The translations under genes were made by a program, and so were the position numbers. Below the pieces are notes generated by a model. The model made no database searches. It saw nothing but the letters and a program-made list of their open reading frames with translations, and was not told the DNA's origin. Of a stretch of 64,000 bases of DNA, positions 30,573-39,860 are shown one piece after another. Positions within the stretch are counted from its first letter, which is position 1, and every line of letters starts with the position of its first letter. Location: the NCBI GenBank assembly GCA_048885865.1, contig JBHLLF010000001.1, positions 64,001 to 128,000 on the forward strand, in the 5' to 3' direction. The stretch is from Candidatus Hermodarchaeota archaeon. Its GTDB lineage: Archaea > Asgardarchaeota > Thorarchaeia > Thorarchaeales > Thorarchaeaceae.

Positions 30573-30610
30573 GTGATAGTATTACGTGTTACATTATATA
30601 ATTCTTTCGG
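30573..30610 (-). promoter_or_regulatory. BRE-TATA promoter 2 with operator GTGATAGTATTAC (30573-30585)
   Basis: Near copy of promoter 1, exactly 180 bp away. Confidence 0.65.
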
Positions 30611-30753
30611 ATGTCAGAATTGGTTGTCTATTAGGTGTCTAGCAGTCTTCTTAGGACATTAATATCTGAAGCGTTTTCAAATGGGTGATCCTTCTTTTTG
30701 CTGAGAATGTCTATTGAATTGTGGAGGCAGCCACCGCTAGGGTATAAAATACA

Positions 30754-30796
30754 GTAATAGTGTTACGTAGAAAGATATATTAGACTATAATACTAC
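30754..30796 (+). promoter_or_regulatory. Operator copy 3 GTAATAGTGTTAC (30754-30766) next to the promoter of the RHH gene
   Basis: One mismatch to the palindrome, followed by GAAAG-ATATATTA and a half-site TAATACTAC. Confidence 0.55.
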
Positions 30797-30819
30797 AATC
30801 AGCTGGAAAAGGTGATTAT

Positions 30820-31152
30820 ATGGGCGAAAAGAAAGGCTCATCGAAAGCCGCTGCACAGCTCAGCCTGAGGGAGGAACTTCTTGGTCAGCTCTCAGCAGAA
30901 GAGTTCGGTCTGAAAAAGCGTGAGATATCTGTAATGACCAGGATGAGTTCGGATGTTGTTGAGATTCTTGACGCTCTTGTTGAGCTAGAGATATTCAAGA
31001 GTCGTTCTGAAGCAGTTGCAGCCTTCGTTGAAAAGTCGATTGCATCTCGCGGCGATCTGTTCGATGAGATAAAGGTCCAGGCCAAAGAGATTACTCGTAT
31101 GCGTGAGACCGCAAAGCGGCTCGCTTTCAAAGCAATGCAGGATAAGAGCTAG
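30820..31152 (+). CDS. Ribbon-helix-helix (CopG/Arc/MetJ-like) transcriptional regulator
   Basis: ISVMTRM strand, VVEILDALVE, FKSRSEAV helix pattern; GGTGA RBS. Confidence 0.82.
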   Translation: MGEKKGSSKAAAQLSLREELLGQLSAEEFGLKKREISVMTRMSSDVVEILDALVELEIFKSRSEAVAAFVEKSIASRGDLFDEIKVQAKEITRMRETAKRLAFKAMQDKS

Positions 31153-31293
31153 CGCATGCTGTACGGTCACGCAATCCGCCAATTGCGGTGGCAAGATGGT
31201 GATTCCTAAATAATCGGCAAATCAGATTTCTGTTCCTTGCCGCAACTACATTTTCTATTGACATTAGTGACATATTGATTGGAAGTTAGGTTA

Positions 31294-31962
31294 CTACCAG
31301 ACTTCAGAGGACTGGCTCCACTCAGGTACATCATCATGTATTATTACTGGTCCTTTTCGGAGTTCGTTATAGTATAGCACAACAGATAGTATTCCGATCG
31401 CCAATGCTGCTGCATGGTATATGACATCGGTTACACTTGGCACGGCAATTGCCGCAAGGAAATGGACCATAGGCCACATTACTTCTATCAGTCCATATAT
31501 CGTGAAGACACTTGATTGGGACGACCTGTCACGAAGCCGGAGAAGTATTATTCCAAAGATGATTGAAGATGTCCTTCCCACAATGAAGCTGCTGAGGCTC
31601 AAAGCCATTAGCATTTCAACAGTACCTGTTGTAACGACATACGCAATGTATATCTCATTCAGAATGAGGACTACAGCATCCAAAGCTGCGACAAGAATCA
31701 ACGGAGAAGCTTTGTACTCGATAGAAAGACCAATGACTCCCGTAATTAGAAGAATAACTACGAATCTTCTAATGATGTTTAGAATGCTGATCTGAATTGG
31801 TCCTACAGGCAATATAGCCAGGAAAATAAAGATTGATGCGATACTTCTTGCCAGTCCCAATATTCCACCAAGAAGGCCAGCAAGGATGAAGATTCTCGTA
31901 TGTCTACTCAGACCAACTAGTGGCTGGCCTGTTGACTGGCTGTTGTGGTAGTATTTCGCCAT
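31294..31962 (-). CDS. Hypothetical ~6-TM membrane protein
   Basis: Hydrophobic segments; resembles 38848-39411. Confidence 0.7.
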   Translation of the reverse strand: MAKYYHNSQSTGQPLVGLSRHTRIFILAGLLGGILGLARSIASIFIFLAILPVGPIQISILNIIRRFVVILLITGVIGLSIEYKASPLILVAALDAVVLILNEIYIAYVVTTGTVEMLMALSLSSFIVGRTSSIIFGIILLRLRDRSSQSSVFTIYGLIEVMWPMVHFLAAIAVPSVTDVIYHAAALAIGILSVVLYYNELRKGPVIIHDDVPEWSQSSEVW

Positions 31963-32082
31963 CCAAACACACTCGTATGAACCTTGTATGAATGACTACA
32001 TTAAATGGATTAAAGCTTCGCTCCCATAAGTGTAGAGCGACATCGTTAAAGCAATAATGCACCGCCATCTAGATAGATTGAG

Positions 32083-33063
32083 ATGGTCGAGAAGATTCGT
32101 CTTTCCATTGGAACCGCAATTCAGATGGGATTGGAATCGGGCGATATGGATGAATGCTTCTCGACAGCATTTCTAATGACATATACTGATGGAAGATGCA
32201 GTGCGAACTGTGCATTTTGTCCTCAGGCTAGGGAAAGCAACTCAGCTTCAGATCGTCTTTCCAGAATTTCATGGCCTGTCTACGATTTGGATGAAGTCAT
32301 GGAGCGATTCTCAGAACATATGACTTTCAAGCGCGCATGTGTTCAAGTTTTGAACTCCCCTGGCATTACTGGGGACGTTGAGCAGATAGTCATCCGGATT
32401 GGAGAACGAACACAAATACCGATTTCAATCTCAATCCATCCCCTTTCAAAGGATGAGATGATTAGACTGCACGTAGCCGGCGCAAACAGCATTGGTATTG
32501 CTCTAGATGCATGCACTGAGCCTCTGTTCAATAGGATTAAGGGAGTAGATCGCGGCTCGCCGTATAGATGGCATAATCATATTGAAGCACTCTCAACTGC
32601 CCTTGAGGTGTTTGGGGAGGGGAATGTTGCTACACATCTAATTGTAGGGCTAGGTGAATCTGAAGAAGAGATAGTCGAGTTTCTGAAAGAAATGAAACGC
32701 CTCAAGGTCCGGGTGGGTCTCTTTGCATTCACGAACATTCGAGGTACGGCGTTGGAACACTGGAGTCAACCAGATGTTTCATTCTACAGACGGATTCAGG
32801 TTGTTCATTACCTCCTCAATACTGGAATCCTTGACGATGACCAAATCAGAGTGGCCCAGACTGGTGAGATTCAACTGGATTTGTCCCCGAACCGCTTGAA
32901 GGAAATCTTATCATCTGGAGCTGCGTTTCAGACATCCGGCTGCAAGAACTGCAATCGACCTTACTATAATGAGCGTCCGAGTGGGCCGCTCTACAACTAC
33001 CCTCGGCCTCTTACACAAGAGGAAGTAAGAGAAGCAATTGCGGTTACTGGCCTGGTGAGTTGA
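32083..33063 (+). CDS. lipS2: Radical SAM protein, LipS2-like lipoyl synthase subunit
   Basis: CSANCAFC cluster motif plus C-terminal TSGCKNCNRP; directly upstream of lipoate ligase genes. Confidence 0.72.
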   Translation: MVEKIRLSIGTAIQMGLESGDMDECFSTAFLMTYTDGRCSANCAFCPQARESNSASDRLSRISWPVYDLDEVMERFSEHMTFKRACVQVLNSPGITGDVEQIVIRIGERTQIPISISIHPLSKDEMIRLHVAGANSIGIALDACTEPLFNRIKGVDRGSPYRWHNHIEALSTALEVFGEGNVATHLIVGLGESEEEIVEFLKEMKRLKVRVGLFAFTNIRGTALEHWSQPDVSFYRRIQVVHYLLNTGILDDDQIRVAQTGEIQLDLSPNRLKEILSSGAAFQTSGCKNCNRPYYNERPSGPLYNYPRPLTQEEVREAIAVTGLVS

Positions 33064-33064
33064 G

Positions 33065-33832
33065 ATGGAAGAGGTCCGTTTCCTTGGCCTTACTACCAAT
33101 GACGCATACATGAATATGGCAATTGATGAATCAATTATGCTTGCAATGAAAACGGGGAAGGTTCCACCGACCCTTCGCCTCTATCGATGGAATCCTTCAG
33201 CTGTTTCGATAGGTACTTTTCAGGGAATGACTGAGGAGGTTGATTTGGACTTCTGCAATAGCCAAGAAATTGACTATATCAGAAGAATCACGGGAGGAGG
33301 AGCCGTCTTCCATGATTTTGAAGGGGAGATCACTTACAGCATTATCTTGCCAAAGGGACACAGACTTGCTCCAGATGATATCATAGAGTCCTATCGCCTA
33401 ATATGCGGAGGAGTAGTCAAAGCCCTCGAGCATCTCGGGATTGGGGCAGAATTCAAGCCAATCAATGATGTGATCGCAGGCGGAAAGAAGGTTTCTGGGA
33501 ACGCTCAGACTCGAAGGCACTTGTGTGTTCTTCAACATGGTACCATCTTGCTTGACCTGGACGTCGAAACCATGTTCTCAGTCCTTAAGGTTCCTCAAGA
33601 GAAGATATCTGATAAAATGATAGCTGATGTCAAGGAGCGAGTCACTTCAGTTAGGGACATATTGAACAGAGCAGTGTCATTTGAGGAATTGGCGGAGGCA
33701 CTAGAGGTTGGCTTCTCCAAGGCGATGGGAATTAGCCTCGTTCTTAGTGATTTGACGACAGAAGAAACTCAGACTGCTGTGCGTCTTAGATCTGAGAGGT
33801 ATAGCCAAGATGAGTGGAATCTCAAGAGGTGA
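33065..33832 (+). CDS. lplA: Lipoate-protein ligase, catalytic subunit
   Basis: NMAIDE, RRITGGGAVFHD, KKVSGNAQ, QHGT. Confidence 0.92.
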   Translation: MEEVRFLGLTTNDAYMNMAIDESIMLAMKTGKVPPTLRLYRWNPSAVSIGTFQGMTEEVDLDFCNSQEIDYIRRITGGGAVFHDFEGEITYSIILPKGHRLAPDDIIESYRLICGGVVKALEHLGIGAEFKPINDVIAGGKKVSGNAQTRRHLCVLQHGTILLDLDVETMFSVLKVPQEKISDKMIADVKERVTSVRDILNRAVSFEELAEALEVGFSKAMGISLVLSDLTTEETQTAVRLRSERYSQDEWNLKR

Positions 33833-33837
33833 ATTTG

Positions 33838-34131
33838 GTGGGTTATTATAGCCATAAAGTCCCAGGAGGCAAGCTCATCAAGGTAAAGGTTGAGTCAAAG
33901 GATGATTGCATTCGGGAGATCACTCTTCTGGGTGATTTCTTTTTGCATCCAGAACATGTGCTAGATGAGATTGAAGAATCACTATTAGGCATCAGACTCT
34001 CGAAGGATGTTGTTTTAGAGAAACTGAAGGCGGTTCTAGAGAGAAACAACGCAACAGTAATTGGTGCAGATGCTGAAGATTTCGCTGAAGCCATTATAGC
34101 CGCATGGATGAATTCAGACCACAACTCATAA
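33838..34131 (+). CDS. lplB: Lipoate-protein ligase accessory subunit (LplB/C-terminal domain)
   Basis: KVPGGKLIKV, GDFF.HPE motifs; GAGGTGA RBS. Confidence 0.82.
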   Translation: MGYYSHKVPGGKLIKVKVESKDDCIREITLLGDFFLHPEHVLDEIEESLLGIRLSKDVVLEKLKAVLERNNATVIGADAEDFAEAIIAAWMNSDHNS

Positions 34132-34166
34132 CACTAAGCATGCTGTCGCTAGTCTAGTGACTTGCA

Positions 34167-35036
34167 TTGAAGCTTGCTAGATTTGTAGAAGGTTCACGAG
34201 TTGTTGCAGGAATAGTGATTGATGACCGTATTGATGTGTACGACTCTTTGGGGTCGGACCCATTCGGCGATTTCATTGAACAATATCAACCTGACGAAAT
34301 TGGATTGAATGAATTCATCAACACCATGATAGAAGGTCAGGATTCACTCTCCTATGATTTGTCTTGGGTTGAGCCTCGCTTCATCATGCCCATGGTGCCC
34401 TCTGAGGTGTGGGCAGCGGGAGTCACATACAAGAGAAGTGTGGAGGCCCGTGAGGATGAAACTGATGTCAAGGGAATTTACGACATGGTCTATGAATCCA
34501 ACCGTCCAGAGATTCTGATTAAGGGACTCGGCTATAGAACTGTGGGCCCAAACGACATCATCTGCATTAGGAGTGACGCGACGTGGAATGTTCCAGAGCC
34601 AGAGTTCACTCTAGTCTATGGGGAGAAGAAGGTTGTCGCATATGTGATTGGCAATGATGTCAGCTCAAGAGACATAGAAGGCGAGAATCCACTCTATCTC
34701 CCACAGGCAAAGGTATGGCGTAGTTCATGTTCCATAGGGCCGTATCTTGTAAGCACAGATGAAGTGAAAGATCCACGCAATGTGGGAATCTCCTTGATAA
34801 TTCGCCGAGATGGTGAAATCGCATTCTCTGGTGAAACAAACACTAACAATATGAAAAGAAGATTCGAGGAGTTGACAGAGCATCTTTTCCGAGACAATCC
34901 CGTTCCAAGAGGTGCCATTATGTTGACTGGTGTAGGAGTTGTTCCTCCAGATGATTTCACACTCAGACATGGCGATTTAGTTGAGATTAGCATGGATGGA
35001 CTAGGCACCATGAGAAACTATGTGAAGCAGCTCTAA
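34167..35036 (+). CDS. Fumarylacetoacetate hydrolase family protein (2-keto-3-deoxypentonate dehydratase-like)
   Basis: EVWAAGVTY, PEPE, GNDVSSRDIEGENPLYLPQAK. Confidence 0.87.
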   Translation: MKLARFVEGSRVVAGIVIDDRIDVYDSLGSDPFGDFIEQYQPDEIGLNEFINTMIEGQDSLSYDLSWVEPRFIMPMVPSEVWAAGVTYKRSVEAREDETDVKGIYDMVYESNRPEILIKGLGYRTVGPNDIICIRSDATWNVPEPEFTLVYGEKKVVAYVIGNDVSSRDIEGENPLYLPQAKVWRSSCSIGPYLVSTDEVKDPRNVGISLIIRRDGEIAFSGETNTNNMKRRFEELTEHLFRDNPVPRGAIMLTGVGVVPPDDFTLRHGDLVEISMDGLGTMRNYVKQL

Positions 35037-35095
35037 TCCCTGCCTCATATCTACAAAGAGTGAAATACTCAACTGCGCTCTCCATTATGATTGCA

Positions 35096-35476
35096 ATGTC
35101 AGTATATGATGATGACCAGAAGATAAAGAAGATCGACGCTGATATCGATAAGTTCAAGGATGAGCTTCGGGTGTCGGAGTCACAGCTCCAAGGGATTGAC
35201 TCTCGACTAGATGCCGATATCGAACGCTTTCGCAGTATTGCCAAGGCAAGGAAAGACGAGTATGAAGCAATACGACAGAGAGCAAAGACTGCTGAATCAG
35301 CTTGGAAGTCTGCAGACAAAGACTTTCAATATGCCAAGAAGCAGAAAGACAAGCAGGTTTCTGACCTCAAGAAACAAGTTGATAACTTGAGAAAACGGAT
35401 TAAGGATGCCGCTAAGACTCGGGAGAAGAGAGTCCGAGAGATTGAAAAGGAGAGAGAAAAGCTACGGCATGAATAA
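35096..35476 (+). CDS. Small charged coiled-coil protein
   Basis: Heptad pattern, K/E/R/D-rich. Confidence 0.7.
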   Translation: MSVYDDDQKIKKIDADIDKFKDELRVSESQLQGIDSRLDADIERFRSIAKARKDEYEAIRQRAKTAESAWKSADKDFQYAKKQKDKQVSDLKKQVDNLRKRIKDAAKTREKRVREIEKEREKLRHE

Positions 35477-35556
35477 AGAGAATCCTAATGAGTAGGAGCG
35501 AAGAACGAGATTGGCTAGGATTTAAGCCATCATAGGCGTTCAATGGAGGATAGCTA

Positions 35557-36534
35557 ATGAATGCATACTTTATGATAGTGCTGCTGTCGTTTGTCCTTTT
35601 CTTTGTGGTATGGGGTCTTGGATGGCTGCTTGAAACCCTGTCGCAGTTTGTTTTGAGCACAACGCGCAATCCAGGTTCAAGAGGATGGTACATGCTTGTG
35701 GGGCCAGGTGTTGCCCTACACGAGTCTTCTCATGCACTAGGCTGTGTCTTCACACGGACCAAGATTGTGGAGTTCAAGCCAATCAACGTGACTGTAAAGA
35801 AAGATCGGATTATCTTGGGATATGTCCGCTATGTCAATCCTACTAGCTCCTTGAAGCGAGCCGTGATAAACCTCGCACCCGTCGCGGTATCGCTGGTACT
35901 CCTCACTATTTTTGCGCTTGCCGCAACATACTTGGTTCCCGGGTCCCACCTAGGAGGAGAAGCAATTGATTTGTGGCATGCTCTAATTGCCATCAAAACA
36001 GACCCGGTTGCATTGAGCAACTGGATACTTCCCGCGGAGCAAATTGGAGGATTTGTCTATGAGTTTCTGTATGCATTCTCGGGCTTGACTGTTATCAATC
36101 CATTGTTCTGGATTGTATCATTTCTTGCGATGACAATAATGTTTAGCAATGCGCCTTCGGATGTTGACATCAGGAATGCCAAGACAGGTCTGATATTCGT
36201 TATTGTCTTCAATGTTATTTGGCTGGGCGTGGCATATGTCCTACCCGCAGCTGGATATGCATTGTTTGGTCTGTATGAGCTTCTTGCCGTAATGTTTGCA
36301 CTAGCACTTGCTTTTGCGGGTCTTGGATATGGCTTCTTCATCCTAGTAGCCGGTCTTGCGAGAATCAAATCACCTCTACAAATAATCCCCCTGCTGGGTT
36401 GTCTAGGTACAGGTATAGCTTTTTCCTATTTCGCAGTTGGCACAGCAGCTTTTCAGACAGTTGTATCCATTGGAGTCTTGGTGGTTCTGATGCTGCTTCT
36501 TCTGGTGATGAAACGTACAAGGGCATTGGAGTAA
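35557..36534 (+). CDS. Membrane zinc metalloprotease-like protein (M50B-like)
   Basis: HESSH motif, LAP and PS..D motifs, many TM segments. Confidence 0.7.
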   Translation: MNAYFMIVLLSFVLFFVVWGLGWLLETLSQFVLSTTRNPGSRGWYMLVGPGVALHESSHALGCVFTRTKIVEFKPINVTVKKDRIILGYVRYVNPTSSLKRAVINLAPVAVSLVLLTIFALAATYLVPGSHLGGEAIDLWHALIAIKTDPVALSNWILPAEQIGGFVYEFLYAFSGLTVINPLFWIVSFLAMTIMFSNAPSDVDIRNAKTGLIFVIVFNVIWLGVAYVLPAAGYALFGLYELLAVMFALALAFAGLGYGFFILVAGLARIKSPLQIIPLLGCLGTGIAFSYFAVGTAAFQTVVSIGVLVVLMLLLLVMKRTRALE

Positions 36535-36582
36535 TACCTACTTCCATATTGCATATGGCTCTCCTATACTTGGGTATAGAGT

Positions 36583-36930
36583 ATGACCAAAATTCAAATC
36601 GTTAGAAGACCTTCTCTAATCAGTCCTCGGCATCTCCTGAGATACGTGTTCTCAACTGAAATGCAGGTTGAACAAGCAGCCAAGATTCTCAATGAGATAG
36701 TTCAGAGTGATGGCGTTGTTATCGATTCGGACTGGCGTCGATTCGTACTGTCTAGCCGCGGACTATACGTGAAAGTAATGAGAAAGCTGAGAGACACAGG
36801 ACTAGTTGAAAAACGAATGGGTGAGTTCAGACTGGCCAATGATTTCTCCAGCTCACTAGGAAAGATGGCTGATTACTGGACTCAGATTATTGGTTCCTTT
36901 CAAGGTGGAGACAAAGCGATTGCATTCTAA
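36583..36930 (+). CDS. Winged-helix protein
   Basis: YVKVMRKLRDTGLVEK...FRL. Confidence 0.65.
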   Translation: MTKIQIVRRPSLISPRHLLRYVFSTEMQVEQAAKILNEIVQSDGVVIDSDWRRFVLSSRGLYVKVMRKLRDTGLVEKRMGEFRLANDFSSSLGKMADYWTQIIGSFQGGDKAIAF

Positions 36931-36932
36931 AG

Positions 36933-38519
36933 CTACTCTACCTCTACTTCGCCTTCCTTGATTTTTAGTTCTCGAAGTGTTGAGACTGCTTTATCTCCCT
37001 TTAATTTCAGTACTCCAAGCTTGTCATACTGACGGACCCATTTCGTCACGAGCCCAACAGGCTGTGCCAATGTCTTTGCAAGATCCGCAATGGGAATCGA
37101 ACCAACCTCATCAACTAAGATGAGCACCTTGGTGCTGGACTCCTGGTTCAGCACGTCTATGTATCTCTTTACCCGTTCATCTGAGATATCTCTCTGCTCT
37201 AAGGCTATGTCTCGTTCTTTCTCCATGAGTCGGGTGGCTTTCTCAAAAGCCTCCTTCTGCATCTCGAGTTTTGGTATCTTATCCTGGGTGGTCTTCAAAT
37301 CCGCCTCCAAATCATAGATTTGCTGCTCCATTTCCTTGATACCTTTTATCTTGTCTTGGATAGCATTGAGTTCGTCGAGTCTGGATTGGCTCTCTGCTTC
37401 CGCAGTTTCTCTCTCCTTCCCAAGACTCTCAGCCTGTCGCTGCAATTCCAGAATCTTGGCCTGGCTCTTGTCAGCTTCAGCACGTTTGTCTTCCAACGCC
37501 TTCTCAACCAAGGCCAATTTGGCCTCTAATGCCTCATACTCAGCATCCGACTTTGTGCTTGCTGTCTTAGCGGCTTCGGCCTCACTCCTGTACACCTCAA
37601 GCTGGCTTTCTGCCTCTTTGTATTTCAAACGGACCTCATTAGCTTCAGCTCGGACAGTATCTAATTCATCCGTTCTAGCTTTGATGGAGGCGTCTTTCTT
37701 CAAAATGTCTTGTTTGAGGGCTTCTACTTTGTCATCATATTCCTTGAGCTTACGAGCTAACTCCTCAGTTGCGGCATCAGCAGTCTTTGACTTGTCTAAT
37801 ATGCTCTGCAATGACTTTATCTCACGCTCGAGCTTTGCTATCTCTGCATCCTTCTCGGCTAGACCGGTCTGAAGCGACATTCCGTCTTCTTCTAGAGTTG
37901 TCATGAAGGACCTTACAATATCCTGCTGCTCCACGATTGTAGTCCTGAGGTCGAGTTCAGACTCTCGCACTCTTTGAGCGAATTCCTTGAATCGCTCTTG
38001 GGTCTGCTCTACAATCTTGTCAACAAGGTCCTTCTCGAGTGCTGCGAATTCATTGTCGACAATGTCCACAAATGTAGCTTCAATGAAGCTCTTGAAGAAC
38101 TTCATTCTGAGTCTTTCGACCATCTCTTCGGAGATTCGCGACTTGAGCTCGACTACCTTTCCCCTGAAGGTCAGAAGTTGGGCTGCAAATACTCCTACGA
38201 CACCTCTCTGTAGTGATGAAATATCGGAGCGTAGATTCTCCAGCTTTCGAAGGAGAGCATCAAATCCTGCCACCGCTTCTCCTGCGTCAAGCGGACTCTC
38301 GCGTCCCTCTGGAATCTCCATACCCTCGACAAACTCCAATGCCACCGCTGCGGCAGAAAGAAGATCATCACTGGAATCCACTGGCATCATGACTGGTTCA
38401 GAATCTTCCAGGCCTTGAGCCATACCCTGGATATGTACTTCATCTAGTGAAGCTTTCTTCAGCGATTCTTGGAGCTTTGCCTTTTCCTCATCCGTCAACT
38501 TCTCGTCGTCAGGAGACAT
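36933..38519 (-). CDS. Long coiled-coil protein with C-terminal winged helix
   Basis: About 290 aa of heptad repeats; C-terminal KVLILV...IADLAKTL...KLGVL; no Walker motifs. Confidence 0.8.
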   Translation of the reverse strand: MSPDDEKLTDEEKAKLQESLKKASLDEVHIQGMAQGLEDSEPVMMPVDSSDDLLSAAAVALEFVEGMEIPEGRESPLDAGEAVAGFDALLRKLENLRSDISSLQRGVVGVFAAQLLTFRGKVVELKSRISEEMVERLRMKFFKSFIEATFVDIVDNEFAALEKDLVDKIVEQTQERFKEFAQRVRESELDLRTTIVEQQDIVRSFMTTLEEDGMSLQTGLAEKDAEIAKLEREIKSLQSILDKSKTADAATEELARKLKEYDDKVEALKQDILKKDASIKARTDELDTVRAEANEVRLKYKEAESQLEVYRSEAEAAKTASTKSDAEYEALEAKLALVEKALEDKRAEADKSQAKILELQRQAESLGKERETAEAESQSRLDELNAIQDKIKGIKEMEQQIYDLEADLKTTQDKIPKLEMQKEAFEKATRLMEKERDIALEQRDISDERVKRYIDVLNQESSTKVLILVDEVGSIPIADLAKTLAQPVGLVTKWVRQYDKLGVLKLKGDKAVSTLRELKIKEGEVEVE

Positions 38520-38847
38520 ATCTATCCCTCAGTGGCCGAGCAAATGATATGAGCATTACGTCAGGTATAAGGTTTGTGAGAACGTATTCGGAAAACGTAT
38601 CCGGTTATTCAAACGCGCTAATTACAGAAAATCAAGGATGCTACGTCTCTCGACGGTTCTCTCCCACACTTCTCAGTCTTCTCAACTCAGAGCAATCTAT
38701 CGGGGGCTGTGGCAATATCCCATTCATACGTAATGTAGCACATCCTCTGACCGGGAGGTCGAGGAGATTTAGCCACCCACAGACTTCTGCCTGTCTATTG
38801 AGCGGTCCAGTCCACGACTTCGTCTGACACCAAGACAGAAGGTAGGT

Positions 38848-39411
38848 CTAGGTTCTTGTGGCATCAAGGAAGTATATGCCTGCGACTATTCCATTCACTG
38901 AGGCAAATCCATACCACCAGAATGGAGGTGGGTTCATCATGCTAGGAACCATTAGTCCCAACGGAAAGGTCACAGCGCCAAAAGCTATGAACACCAAGGT
39001 AGCAACAATGGAAAGCCGACTGAATTCCTCGCGAAGCATCCATGCAGAGATCCCTGCAGTGATCCAGCCCACGCCTGCACTTATTGTCGCAATACCAGTC
39101 ATATCTTCGGCGAACCCAACAGGCAACAACAAGGTGAACATGTCCAAGTACCACAGCAAGGAATAGGTGCAAACCCACAGGATGATGAATATAGCACTGA
39201 TTAACGGAATGACGTTTCCGCTCTTTCGCCATAGCCCAATGATTCCTGTACTCACCAGGATGCGTGCTAGGATCAATATCAAGAGATACTGTTGTGCATT
39301 CCACGGGACATAATCAAAGGCTAAGCCAAGAGCTACTGGGATATACATTGTTGCGATAAGGAAACCGCCAATAGCACCGAGTAAGAACGAGGCTTTTGTT
39401 CCACTACTCAA
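38848..39411 (-). CDS. Hypothetical ~6-TM membrane protein
   Basis: TTG start after GGAGAGG; hydrophobic segments. Confidence 0.72.
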   Translation of the reverse strand: MSSGTKASFLLGAIGGFLIATMYIPVALGLAFDYVPWNAQQYLLILILARILVSTGIIGLWRKSGNVIPLISAIFIILWVCTYSLLWYLDMFTLLLPVGFAEDMTGIATISAGVGWITAGISAWMLREEFSRLSIVATLVFIAFGAVTFPLGLMVPSMMNPPPFWWYGFASVNGIVAGIYFLDATRT

Positions 39412-39429
39412 CGATTCTTTCCTCTCCTA

Positions 39430-39553
39430 AATAGTGTTGAGATGTAAGAAATCACTGCGTTCTCTCAGGCCACCTGAGAGAATCCAAAAGCTGTGTCATA
39501 GATAGGACAACACTGTGACCTAGACTATGTCCGGAGCTTGGACAAAAGGTCTC
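39430..39553. repeat. Copy A of a 124-bp structured non-coding module
   Basis: 103/124 identical to 41404-41527 without gaps (counted by hand). Confidence 0.9.
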
Positions 39554-39612
39554 TGCAACTGATTATAACTGAGTTTTAGCAAATCCAATTCTGATGGCGA
39601 GTCCATTAGACC

Positions 39613-39837
39613 ATGAATGGACTCTACGGCATGATTCAATACCTCAACCCCCAAGAGCCCCGTAATCCTCAGCTCATCCTCATGCGAGCTGCTGAGATTC
39701 CAGATGAGATTCTTCGAGAGATAAGGAAGCACTTTGAGATGGACCTGGATGTGCCGCCTGAACTAGAGAAGAGTGTCACTTTCAGAAGAGAGAAGACCAT
39801 AGCCATCAGGATGATCAAAGGGGTCTTAGATGGATAG
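39613..39837 (+). CDS. Small hypothetical protein or gene fragment
   Basis: 74-aa ORF with protein-like composition. Confidence 0.4.
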   Translation: MNGLYGMIQYLNPQEPRNPQLILMRAAEIPDEILREIRKHFEMDLDVPPELEKSVTFRREKTIAIRMIKGVLDG

Positions 39838-39860
39838 TTCTGACCACATCAGGTCAACGG

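Noticed and set aside
36933-38519. SMC/Rad50 ATPase
   Set aside because: No Walker A/B, signature, hinge or zinc-hook motif
39457-39465. 9-nt complementarity between sRNA2 (UGCGUUCUC) and the copy A leader
   Set aside because: Expected by chance in 64 kb and absent from copy B
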